DNA of 64,000 nt from the NCBI GenBank assembly GCA_016931955.1, contig JAFGDV010000022.1:1-64000 (forward strand), read 5' to 3'. Within the stretch, counting starts at the first letter, position 1; every line of letters starts with the position of its first letter. Below, in pieces: positions 20,301 through 30,300 of the stretch. A program made the position numbers and the translations under genes. The notes under the pieces were generated by a model that saw only the letters and a program-made list of their open reading frames with translations, did not search any database and was not told the DNA's origin. Source of the DNA: Candidatus Altiarchaeota archaeon (lineage in GTDB: Archaea > Altiarchaeota > Altiarchaeia > IMC4 > QMZM01).

Positions 20301-22679
20301 CTACGAATCTGAAGATTCCGTATCATCTGCTTCGCTTTTTTTCATCGACTCTCGTTCTTTTTTTATTATCTCCTTCATCCTAAGCCGCTCAGGTGAGTCA
20401 TCCATCGGCTGATGAATGCCCTCTTCATCTCCTCCTTCCGTCTCTATTATCCCCTTAAGCCTGTTTCTGTCGTCTAAGACACCTTTTTTCTCTCTGCCTA
20501 GAATATCCTTGCCCTTATCGACGATTTCGCCTATCTTATCCCTTTCCCACTCAATGTTATCTAGAACAACTGCCTTCTCTCTCTTTATTGACTCACTCTC
20601 CTGATCGATCATCTCTTCAAGCATTGCTCTGGGGTCATCATGACCCCCCGCCCCCACTTCATCAAGGCCCTCTTCTTTCTTCTTGGGCTTTTCTCTCTCA
20701 CCCCGTAATTCCCTCTCTTCCTTTTTTATGGCTTCCTCTTCCCGTCTGATCATCTCCTCAAGGTAGGCTCTGTCATCGACTTCACTTTTTTCTTCCTTTT
20801 TTTCTTTGGTGCCTGCCCTCTTTTTTTCTTCCTCAACCAGCTCCCTAAGCCTGCTCCTCTCCTCCATCATCTTCCTCTTTTCAGCTTCTCTTCTCCCCTT
20901 CTCGGCTTCAAGTTCTGCCTTTCTCTTCTCTTCCTCTAATCTCTTACTTTCATCCTCAACCTCCTTCTTTTTCCTGGCACGCGATATCTTCGTCCTGCTC
21001 CACAGGAGGAAGATGAACAACACGGAAGCCACAACAAGTAGTAAGATCCACGGAGTTGGTTCTTTTATAGGCATGTCCGCTATAAGCTTTTCTGCATTCT
21101 TCAGACCCTCTGCATGATTTATCTTCTTGTATAGATCCCTTGCCTTTTCAGCGTTTTCAAGCGCCGTCCCATAATCCCTGTAGCTATGGTATTTGAGGGC
21201 TTCTTCGTAGTAGTAAGCTGCTTTGTTCTTGGTCTCATTTCCTTTGTATATGTCCTTTATCGTGGAATTGCATACTTCAACCTCACGGAACCTGCTTATG
21301 TTCTCGTAGATGGCCCTCGCCTTCAATACCTGATTAAGCGCGTTATCGAAATCAGCGACCTTATAGTACTCCAGCCCCTTCTCATAGTATGCGTTCGATT
21401 CATTCAACCTTACAAGCATCCTATTGTTGCTGTCTATGAGGCGCTCACACCTGGTGATGCCTGCAAAGTCCTTGTTTTTTTCGAATATCTCCTTGGCCTG
21501 CACCGCACGCTTCAGCGATTTCTCATATTCTGCCTGCTGGGACAGCTTGTAGGCCTCAGCATATAACTTATCTGCTTCCATGACTGTCTCGCATTTTTCC
21601 TTATCTTCCCCTATCTTCTTGAGCAACTCCTCGCACTCCGTATTTCTATTCCAAAAGTCCCCTGTCCCGAACATTTCATGGAGTTCAACTGCCCTCTGCC
21701 TTGCCGTTTTCACTAGTTCTTCAACTTCATCATAGGCGCTGCAGTTTCCTTCCTGAATCAGTGCACGTTTAGTCTTCGCCTCCTTTATCGACTTATCCAA
21801 TGCCTTCAACATGTCCTCTCTGCAATTTTTTATTGACTCATTGACTTGGCTTAAGATGAGTTCGCAATCCCCTGCACGATCGAAATAGTTTACAAGTATA
21901 TATGTATTCCTAGAATTCTGAAAGTATGTTCTCGCCTCGAAGAAGCCATCATTAGTGCAGTTCGCGCTTTGATAAGCATTTATCCCTTGTTCATAGAGGT
22001 ACCCTGCTCTTTCAGCCGCTTCGGCTATCAAGTCGATTATCTTCCCCCGCAGTATCTCACAGTCTCTTATGGAATCGCCGACATCATATCTCTGATAAAT
22101 CGCAGAAGCATTTTCAACATACAACAGAGCTGTTGTGTATTGCTTGTAGTCCTCCTCCTCAACGATTACCAGAGCCTTGCCATATAACTCATCTGCCTTC
22201 ATTATTTCGCCTTCTTTTATCTTTGCAGCGACCTGGGAATACTGTATGTCAATCTTAGCTATCCTCTCCGTATCCCTTGGGAGCATGTGCTGGAACGTAT
22301 GGTTTGCCTTGAGTAGATAGACTAGGGCTAAATCGAACTGGTCTTTAGCCTTTTCATAGTCACCGGAGTCCAAGTATTGCCCTCCTTTAATGGCGTAATC
22401 AAGCGCCTGCAGATAATTTTGGTCGCCTATCGGCCTCAGGCAGTCATTGATCTTCTTTATAAGGTCGTTGCATTTCGAAATTCCAGGAAGATCACCAGTT
22501 GCACTGTATTCGTCGAATGCCGCACTAACATGCTCGCTTGCATTGACACAATCTCCGCCACTATATGCTGCCACCGCGCGCTCATAATGCCAGTCAGCCA
22601 GACCAGCCTGCGCCTGCACATTCAGGATTCCAACAAAAGCAATCAATAAGACCCCAGAGAGTATCTTCCTGTTCACCAT
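20301..22679 (-). CDS. Single-pass membrane protein with extracellular TPR-like repeats and a charged cytoplasmic coiled coil
   Basis: Signal peptide, ~55-60-aa helical repeats containing Cys, TM PWILLLVVASVLFIFLLW, E/K/R-rich tail. Confidence 0.7.
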   Translation of the reverse strand: MVNRKILSGVLLIAFVGILNVQAQAGLADWHYERAVAAYSGGDCVNASEHVSAAFDEYSATGDLPGISKCNDLIKKINDCLRPIGDQNYLQALDYAIKGGQYLDSGDYEKAKDQFDLALVYLLKANHTFQHMLPRDTERIAKIDIQYSQVAAKIKEGEIMKADELYGKALVIVEEEDYKQYTTALLYVENASAIYQRYDVGDSIRDCEILRGKIIDLIAEAAERAGYLYEQGINAYQSANCTNDGFFEARTYFQNSRNTYILVNYFDRAGDCELILSQVNESIKNCREDMLKALDKSIKEAKTKRALIQEGNCSAYDEVEELVKTARQRAVELHEMFGTGDFWNRNTECEELLKKIGEDKEKCETVMEADKLYAEAYKLSQQAEYEKSLKRAVQAKEIFEKNKDFAGITRCERLIDSNNRMLVRLNESNAYYEKGLEYYKVADFDNALNQVLKARAIYENISRFREVEVCNSTIKDIYKGNETKNKAAYYYEEALKYHSYRDYGTALENAEKARDLYKKINHAEGLKNAEKLIADMPIKEPTPWILLLVVASVLFIFLLWSRTKISRARKKKEVEDESKRLEEEKRKAELEAEKGRREAEKRKMMEERSRLRELVEEEKKRAGTKEKKEEKSEVDDRAYLEEMIRREEEAIKKEERELRGEREKPKKKEEGLDEVGAGGHDDPRAMLEEMIDQESESIKREKAVVLDNIEWERDKIGEIVDKGKDILGREKKGVLDDRNRLKGIIETEGGDEEGIHQPMDDSPERLRMKEIIKKERESMKKSEADDTESSDS

Positions 22680-22721
22680 TTTGCGTTACCCTAAAAATCT
22701 TGGGAGAGCTACAATAAATAC

Positions 22722-23675
22722 TCACCTCTGTTTATAATGGAAGGCCGCCGTCTCAGGCGGTATTACATTGATCACAACCTCCGAGCCGTACTCCATCCCA
22801 GCGAAACTTGAAAGCCTTGGAGCCAGCTCTAGGTGAAGGTGCAAGTCTCCGTCTTCAGGCGAATGGTGAAGCCAGAAATTGTATGGTGGCTTGTTCAGGC
22901 TCATATGAAGCCTTCGCAGTATTTTCTTCAGCATCTCGGCGAAGGATTTTTTTTCTAGATCGCTGAGTTCCTCTAGTGTTCTGACGTGTCTCTTCGGCAT
23001 AATCCACGCCTCAAATGGAAACCTTGAGGCGTAGGGTGTGAATGCTATGGTATTTTCGTCCTCAAAGATCAGTCTCTCACTATCTTTCTCACTACGCCAT
23101 ATGTCGCAGAACGGGCAGCTGCCTCTCTCAGCCCCATATTTTCTTGCTGCCTCAGTCTCCGCCTTAACCAACGGAGGAACAACGGATAACGCAATAATCT
23201 GCGTATGTGAGTGGTCCAGTGAAGCCCCAGCTTCCTTTCCCTGGTTCTTGAACACCATCACGTACCTTATTTTCTCGTCTTTCTTCAGTTCTTTTATTCT
23301 TGAGGAATACATGTCTAAGACCTTTACTAAGTGGTCCACTGAAAGCTCATCCAAGTGTTGGCCGTGGTTAGGCGTCTCCGCCACTACTTCGTGTCTTCCG
23401 TAGGCTGGCATCTTCGTCAGCAAGTTTTCTCTGATTTCCCCACACTCGGTAGTAGTTGCAGGATACTTGTTAGGGAAACAACGTATAATCCATTTACCAC
23501 CTTCTTCCACCCTGCTTATCTCCGGCGGCGTAGTATGTTCATTCCCCGGACAGAAATAGCAGAACCCCGGCTTTTCTTCAATTTCTTTTCTGACGAAGTC
23601 AGTCGGCCTCTTCCCCCTATCGCTAGCGATGATCACCCACCTATCCAGTAGATAGTCTTTCCTCAGTTCGTTCAC
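22722..23675 (-). CDS. galT: Galactose-1-phosphate uridylyltransferase (GalT/HIT family)
   Basis: RGKRP, CYFCPGNE, FPNKYP, GASLDHSHTQ, CPFCD. Confidence 0.9.
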   Translation of the reverse strand: MNELRKDYLLDRWVIIASDRGKRPTDFVRKEIEEKPGFCYFCPGNEHTTPPEISRVEEGGKWIIRCFPNKYPATTTECGEIRENLLTKMPAYGRHEVVAETPNHGQHLDELSVDHLVKVLDMYSSRIKELKKDEKIRYVMVFKNQGKEAGASLDHSHTQIIALSVVPPLVKAETEAARKYGAERGSCPFCDIWRSEKDSERLIFEDENTIAFTPYASRFPFEAWIMPKRHVRTLEELSDLEKKSFAEMLKKILRRLHMSLNKPPYNFWLHHSPEDGDLHLHLELAPRLSSFAGMEYGSEVVINVIPPETAAFHYKQR

Positions 23676-23747
23676 CTTGATTCCTTAATTACATACTTTA
23701 TTGATATATTTATACATTAACTCCAAAGTAAATATCTGCTCCTTCAT

Positions 23748-23910
23748 GGCCGGGATAGGGTAGCCTGGTTATCCTGTGGGTCTGTGGCAAGCTTTTAATA
23801 AAAGCTTGATCAAAAGGTGTGTTTCGTCCCCTTCGGGGACTCAAGCACACTGTATGCAGAGTTGAGCTTGCAGACAACCTACGACTCGGGTTCAAATCCC
23901 GGTCCCGGCC
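23748..23910 (+). tRNA. tRNA-His(GTG) with encoded G-1 and an 88-nt intron at 37/38 (23788-23875)
   Basis: Acceptor stem GCCGGGA/TCCCGGC, anticodon stem TGGGT/ACCTA, T loop TTCAAAT. Canonical bulge-helix-bulge: CTGT pairs GCAG, bulges GG|C and AC|A. Confidence 0.92.
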
Positions 23911-23913
23911 CTC

Positions 23914-24195
23914 TCAGATTATATTCTTTAATTTCTTGGCTCCAAGGAGGATGACTGCGGAGATAAGATACCAAGCTAATAGGTCTATCAAAAAATTGGT
24001 GTGGATGAAGGTTCTTGGAAACCCTACAAAACCGCCCCAGTAATAGATGGGTAGGGGTAGTCCCTGATAGTATATGAAGTCACAGCATGGGGGTATCCAC
24101 CACCACTCAATGGAGAACAGAGTAATTCCGACTATCAAAAACAGGACTAGTTTTTCCTTATCCGGTTTTAGAAAGTATTTGAGCTGGTCTAACAT
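23914..24195 (-). CDS. Small membrane protein (paralogue of 61539-61802)
   Basis: FLKP..K, GLP, IDLLAWYLISAVI pattern shared with 61539-61802. Confidence 0.6.
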   Translation of the reverse strand: MLDQLKYFLKPDKEKLVLFLIVGITLFSIEWWWIPPCCDFIYYQGLPLPIYYWGGFVGFPRTFIHTNFLIDLLAWYLISAVILLGAKKLKNII

Positions 24196-24245
24196 TATAA
24201 CAGTATTATTGAAGTAAAAGATAAAAATAGAAAAAGGAGTGTTGC

Positions 24246-24914
24246 CTACCGTTTTCTGATCAACAGGTAGGCGAATGCCGGCGTCGTCAATAGTATCACT
24301 AAGCCGACTGCTGATGTCGCGAACTCTGGCACATTGGTTGTTGTGCAGTCCTGCGGACAGTTGCAGATGTTCTCTCCTAAGCCACATATCCCATTACCGC
24401 AGTAGGCGCATATCATAGCTCCAACGCACTCGGTGCAGGTCCCGTTTTGGTCTGGTGTGCTGCAGCTTATCGCAGTCAATCCAGGACAGCAGCTAAGAGC
24501 GCCTGGGACTATAGGATAAGAGTCTCCTTCTGGAACACATTCGAACAGCGTTGTTGTTGTGGTTGTTGCCGGTGTAGTTGTCGTGGAAGACGTTGGTTCA
24601 GTGGTCGTCGTAGTTGGTTCAGTGGTCGTCGTAGTTGTTCCACTGCAGCCACAAATTCCAGTAGCTACTTCAGTGCAGACGCCGACTTCACAGTAGCCTG
24701 AGCAACCTTGACCATCCCAGTGGCATTCCTCGATTATTATGGGAGTGCAGTTACAGGTCTGGAATCCTGTCTCTGTGCACTCAGTGCCTGCTGGACAGAA
24801 TCCTTCACAGGCTTCTGCTGTTGGGTTCCAACCGCAGCAAACAGTCTGTGCTGTTGCAGCTGATGCTGTGAACAACAGAATAATTAATCCCAGTAATATG
24901 TTTGTTTTCTTCAT
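24246..24914 (-). CDS. Cys/Thr-rich secreted protein with PEF-CTERM sorting signal
   Basis: Signal peptide, Thr linker, C-terminal VPEF + TM + RKR. Confidence 0.8.
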   Translation of the reverse strand: MKKTNILLGLIILLFTASAATAQTVCCGWNPTAEACEGFCPAGTECTETGFQTCNCTPIIIEECHWDGQGCSGYCEVGVCTEVATGICGCSGTTTTTTEPTTTTTEPTSSTTTTPATTTTTTLFECVPEGDSYPIVPGALSCCPGLTAISCSTPDQNGTCTECVGAMICAYCGNGICGLGENICNCPQDCTTTNVPEFATSAVGLVILLTTPAFAYLLIRKR

Positions 24915-24920
24915 TTTTTT

Positions 24921-26213
24921 TCACCTCTTTACTAATAACTTCTTGTATCCTAAGACCGCTAATAGTAGGATGAACAGGAAGAACAGTAGGAGGCTTACGT
25001 CGCCTAGTGAGATTCCTGTTACTCTCCCGGTTATCCCTGATTCCACTACCTCTGGTTTCTTGCAGCAGCATCCGCAGTAGGATTCGTTTTCGAGTGTCTG
25101 ACAGTATCCTGTTGCGTTGCATACTCCCAAGCCTGCCATATCACATAGTTCCTCGCAGATGAGCTCTAGGTCGCTGAAGCAGCTTTCGCATTTATCGAAT
25201 GGATTCTGTGGATGAGCGACTGTTATACAATCTACGCCGCACGCTGTTGGATAGATCATGGCTTCCAGCGTTGTCGAAGTCGTGGTCGATGTCGTCGTCG
25301 TAGTGGTTGTCGGGCATGGTGGACATGGTCCTCCGCAGTCTATTCCGGTTTCGCCTTGGTTCTGTATTCCATCACTGCAGCTTATGCATGGGTCGCATGG
25401 TCCTCCACAATCTATTCCTTCCTCACAGAGGTTGTGGTGGCAGTTCTTTATTCCATCGAAGCAGGTGTTGATGGCGCCGCCGCCACCTCCACCGCCACCT
25501 CCACCGCCGCCCCCACCGCCGCCTCCGCCTTGGGTCGTGGTGGTTACGCTTTGGGTTGTTGTGGTCACTATCTCGCATGCACAGATTTCTGGCTCCACCA
25601 TGGTGCAGACGCCGACTTCACAGTAGCCTGAACATACTTCACCATCCCAGTGGCATTCTACCTGTGGCTCTGAGATGTATGCTCTGACACCTAGTTCGGC
25701 TGGAGGCCAATTTGTATTCTGTAGTAGGTCGTCGACTGATACCCAATAGCTAAAATAACCATACTGTTGTGATCTGTTTCCTGCTGCTTCGTTGTTTTCT
25801 CCAAGGGATAAACAGAGGTAGTCGCCGTTATCCGCGGAAAGTCTGACTTCAACGTAGAAGTCTTCGTTTTCTTCTACCGGAAAGTCCTCTGTCAGGGTTA
25901 TTGTCTGCCAGTCGGTGCATTCGGCTACGTTATTTAATATGTTGACTGTTTCATTCGTGTAAGGACCCCAGATGTATACGTCAAATTTGTCGCCTGCGAC
26001 GCAGCAGCCGGGCTGCCAGTGCACGTTGACCTTGCTTAGTTTTCCGTCAGCTGGTGAAGTGAATACTACTCGACCACTGTAGTTTTCATTGATTACTAAT
26101 CCTGCGAAGAAGCCTTCGTTGTCGTATTTTATCTCGGTTTCTGCTGTTGCTATTGAGGTCAGCAGAATCAGTGCTATGCATGATAGTACTATGCCCTCTT
26201 TGTTGTTTTTCAT
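24921..26213 (-). CDS. Cys/Thr/Gly-rich membrane-anchored surface protein
   Basis: Signal peptide from MKNNKEG; poly-Gly, DCGGPC repeats, ITGR + C-terminal TM. Confidence 0.7.
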   Translation of the reverse strand: MKNNKEGIVLSCIALILLTSIATAETEIKYDNEGFFAGLVINENYSGRVVFTSPADGKLSKVNVHWQPGCCVAGDKFDVYIWGPYTNETVNILNNVAECTDWQTITLTEDFPVEENEDFYVEVRLSADNGDYLCLSLGENNEAAGNRSQQYGYFSYWVSVDDLLQNTNWPPAELGVRAYISEPQVECHWDGEVCSGYCEVGVCTMVEPEICACEIVTTTTQSVTTTTQGGGGGGGGGGGGGGGGGGAINTCFDGIKNCHHNLCEEGIDCGGPCDPCISCSDGIQNQGETGIDCGGPCPPCPTTTTTTTSTTTSTTLEAMIYPTACGVDCITVAHPQNPFDKCESCFSDLELICEELCDMAGLGVCNATGYCQTLENESYCGCCCKKPEVVESGITGRVTGISLGDVSLLLFFLFILLLAVLGYKKLLVKR

Positions 26214-26367
26214 TACACCAATCACCCCTTTTTTTGTTAGATAGTACAATAATAGATTATTATTTGTTATATATTGAACTTCAGTATATAAAAATAGCTC
26301 CATTCCTGAACATCTTAGGCATGATAAAGGCAAAAAAAAGTATAAAAATAGGAAGATTGAGGGGGTA

Positions 26368-27222
26368 CTACTTCTTTCCCATCGTCTTCCAGTAGTAAGC
26401 ACCCAAGAGAAACAAGAACAGGATCACTATGGATATAACTATCGTACCACCACTTCCCTCCAGTATCCTGCCAGTCACGGAAGGTAGCGCTATAGTTGTC
26501 GTCGTAGTCTCTAATGAGGTCGTCGTAACCTCCGCACTTGTCGTAGTAGGCGCGGATGTTGGCGTCGATGCCTTTGTTGTGGTAGGCATTATGGTTGTCG
26601 TGGTCGAACAAGGCGCACAGGGTCCGCCGCAGTCTATCCCGGTTTCGCCTTGGTTCTGTATTCCATCACTGCAGCTTATGCATGGGTCGCATGGTCCTCC
26701 GCAATCCACCCCTTCCTCGCCTTGATTCTTTATCCCGTCAAAGCAGCTTTCCTTAGGCTTTGAGATGATACCTCCACCCCCGCCGCCTCCACCACCGCCT
26801 CCACTGCTTCCACCCCCGCCACTTGCCATGGTGGTCGTCGTTGTGATCTGCGTAGTGGTTGTAGTCGGCACCGATGCTGGAACAGTAAGGTCTAATTTGG
26901 TGGTTTCTCCGTTATTGAATACATAGGTTTCTCCTGTGTCTATTCCGTTCACATAGAAGTTGATTGTTTTCCCATCCCGGTTGTTGTTGGGGTCTGTTAC
27001 GAAAAACATCTTTGGGCTGTAACCGTATTCCCCGTTCAAGGCTGTGGTGCTTGCAACCGTTACCCCCTCTATTTTGGCTTCAATCAGTGAGCCATTGGGG
27101 GCTGGACCATTTATGAAGTCGACTGATCCGTAGAATTGATGCGGTACTCCAGGTAGTAGTGTCTGTGCGGTATATAGGCTGCTGAATAGTGCTAATGCCA
27201 GTATAACTACTGTTTTTTTCAT
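26368..27222 (-). CDS. Cys/Thr/Gly-rich membrane-anchored surface protein
   Basis: PHQFYGSV N-terminal domain, poly-Gly, CSDGIQNQGETGIDCGGPC, VTGR + TM. Confidence 0.7.
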   Translation of the reverse strand: MKKTVVILALALFSSLYTAQTLLPGVPHQFYGSVDFINGPAPNGSLIEAKIEGVTVASTTALNGEYGYSPKMFFVTDPNNNRDGKTINFYVNGIDTGETYVFNNGETTKLDLTVPASVPTTTTTQITTTTTMASGGGGSSGGGGGGGGGGGIISKPKESCFDGIKNQGEEGVDCGGPCDPCISCSDGIQNQGETGIDCGGPCAPCSTTTTIMPTTTKASTPTSAPTTTSAEVTTTSLETTTTTIALPSVTGRILEGSGGTIVISIVILFLFLLGAYYWKTMGKK

Positions 27223-27312
27223 TTTCCTTATATATTATACATAAAACAATATAAACTAATTTTAATTGTACAATAGATTAATTAAAAATAAAAAAGAAAA
27301 ATAATGTTGGTT

Positions 27313-30300
27313 CTACAAGCACATCGTCTCCACTAACTCCTCCGGACATGCTGTAGAACGCGCATAGATGTCTTCCATATCCATTAATATCCAGTAACCT
27401 GCGCCAGGATCCAAGTAACTGCATGCATCATAGTTATACCACTGGTGTGGGTTGTCTGGCTCCCAGTAGGTGCTCAGGGAACTCCACTTCGTCGGCCATA
27501 TCCCATAATCGCTCCTCAACGTGTACAGTGCACAGTATGCCCTGTCCCCGTTACCTAATGGCCCATAGTACCCTGACAGATCGTTTGTTCCATGGTATCC
27601 GATCAGGTTCCAGCCCTCGAACAGCCTTCTGCTTGGGGGTGTGACTGCAGGAATCATCTCGCTGCCTCCGATCATAAGCAGATCAGCCTTGTTTGCTATC
27701 ACCCAATAACCCCAGCCGGGTATCATCTGATGCAGGTTATCATTCCCATCATTTCCGTCTGGCGTGTAGACGCACCAGTCTTCGCCGCATATCTGGTGTT
27801 CTGCGTCAAAGGTCCAGACCGCTTCTACGCTGTCTTCCACGTCCTTGAGGACCTCTTTTATGTCGTCGTCTATCAGCATAAACGGCACAGAGACAAGGTT
27901 CCACTTCTTGTTTATCTGTATCTCGAAGGGAACGCCCTCCACCTTAAACTTCTCCTCATCAATTGGTCCCTTGTTGCCTAATGCATCAACGCAGTAGTAT
28001 TCGAGGTTGTGTTCTGTCTCCTCCAGGAACAAGAACTCCTCTACCACCTTGTCGAGACAGCAGAAGCCGTCGCCGCTTGCATTGTATTCTCCAGCATAGA
28101 ATTCACAGTATTCCTCTGTGTAGTCATCTGCATCCACTTCCGCGTTGAAGCAGACCCTTTCATGATCCACTGGATGAGGCTCAGGGTCCACGCACTCAAG
28201 GGATACTGAGGTGTATAGCGTAACCTTCCAGCACTCTATCTCATCCGCCCCACCATTCCAGCAGAGGTCTTTAATCCCCGGATAGAATATAGAATCTTGT
28301 CCATTCCACTTAGTCTTCGGGTCGCCGACTGTCTTATTCGGTTCAGGGGCTGAATTATCCACGAAGACGCACTGCTTGAGCATAGACTCTTTGTCTACGT
28401 TATCCACTGCCTTAACCTCTATCAGGTGACATGACTGCTGACCGATATTCACTGAAGTTACATTTTCAGACACCGTTGTCCAGCCTCCGGAACCCTCCGT
28501 CTCTTGACATATACTATTGTTTGTGCAGTTGCCGTCTCCTACAAGGGTTATCCTGTAGGACAGCTCCTTCAGACCAGATGGATGCGGCTCATAATCAGTT
28601 GCATTCATCGTTATATTCGTCTCTGAGCTGATCCAATCAGCATCGCCGTCATTAAAGTAGGGTTTACCATACCCCTTATAGACTCCTGGCGGCGTCTTGT
28701 CGACGAACACGCACTGAGCCTTCATGTCCTCAGTATTCCCTAAGGCGTCCACGCTATAGTACTCTATCCTGTGGCATGATTCCTCAGATATGTTGAATGG
28801 CCCAGTGTATGTCTCCCACGTAAACGGCAGAATAACCATTCCGGGTATAATTGCACACTCTGTGGAATTCCAGCAGGCCTCATCGTCAACCCTGCCGTAG
28901 CGGTAGTACGTCGTCACATTGTCTACGTGGCATATTGCTCCGCCGTCCACTGCCGTCAGATTAACCCTTGAAGCTGAGTCGATCCACTCAGTGCCATTTA
29001 CTTCATAGTAGGGTCCTAGATACGTCTTCGTCGTATTCGGCGGAGTGGAATCAACCCTGAAGTACTCCAGGTCAGTGGTTTCTTCTGCGTTTCCAAGATG
29101 GTCTGCGCAGTAAAATTCCAGATCGTGGACTGAATCCTCCATGAAGTTGAACTCAAACACCTCATCTCCCACGTAGATGCAGCACTCATCATCTGTCATG
29201 GTTCCATTGTGGTAGGCGCAGTACTCGTCTGTCACGTAACCATCTGGATCCTCATCAAAGGAGACCTTAAAGCACACCGTCTCCTGGCCTACTGGATGGG
29301 GCTCAGGGTCCACGCAATCCAATGTTATCAGCGTTTCCTGGGTGACAAACCAGTCATCAGATGAGGGAACACAGGGTTCGCCGGAGACATTTATCCAAAT
29401 CTCCTGAACCGCTAAAGTCGAGCCGTCACCCACAACCTCCACGTAGAGGTGGTATTCTCCCCCATGCTGGCCTACTGGAACAGACACTGTGACGTTAAAT
29501 GGAACAGATGCTCCGCCTTCAACATCACTGTATGAAGTAGGCGTCCAAGTGATCCAGTCCTCGAAACCAGGCTTCGGCTTCAAGGTCAGATAACTGATCT
29601 TGGAGGTGATGTTCCCAATCAAGGCAACGATCTCTTCAGACAGGTCGCCCGCACTCCCCAGCTCGGAGAAGATGCCACCCGTCTCATTGGTGGCATACTC
29701 CCAGACACTGTCACAGTAACCGCCTGAATCAATGGCGACAACAGATATGCCCGCCGCCTTCAGATCAGCGACGACATTGGACCAGTTGAGATCATCTGAT
29801 GTGCCTGCGATAGCGTCTCTGCCTGGATCAACCCCAGTCGTGGTACCACAACCGAAAAACCCGAGGTTGCAGTCGTGCGGCACATTATCCTCAAATATGA
29901 TAACGATCTTCCTGGATCCAGGCCTCCAGCCTACGAACTGGGACTCATAAAGGGCCCTTGTGTAGGACTCAGGACCATCATCTCCGTTGCCAAGGACCAA
30001 ATCATTGATGGCTGAGCTGACTGCGCTATTATTTGAGGTTATGTTTTGATCCAGGCTCCATGGATAATCTATTCCAGACCCATAGAAGCCAGAATAACCG
30101 CAGTAGTCATAGTAACCATTGTAATCCATGAAGGAGCCCACTCCAAAAGCGGAATTATTCACGAGAGCGCTTATGTTATTCATTATCTCTATTGAACTGG
30201 ACTTGGCTGTACTCAACTGGAAAGACATGCTACCCGTTAAGTCGAACAGGAAGAGCACATCCAGTTTACCGATTGGTGTCTCCTCGGTGGTTACTGTCTT

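Noticed and set aside
23781-23787. Reading the intron-containing tRNA as Thr(TGT)
   Set aside because: The stem register TGGGT/ACCTA, BHB geometry and G-1/C73 fit His(GTG)
25473-25530. GCC/CCA triplet runs and Thr-codon tracts as DNA repeat elements
   Set aside because: Explained by poly-Gly and poly-Thr linkers in surface proteins
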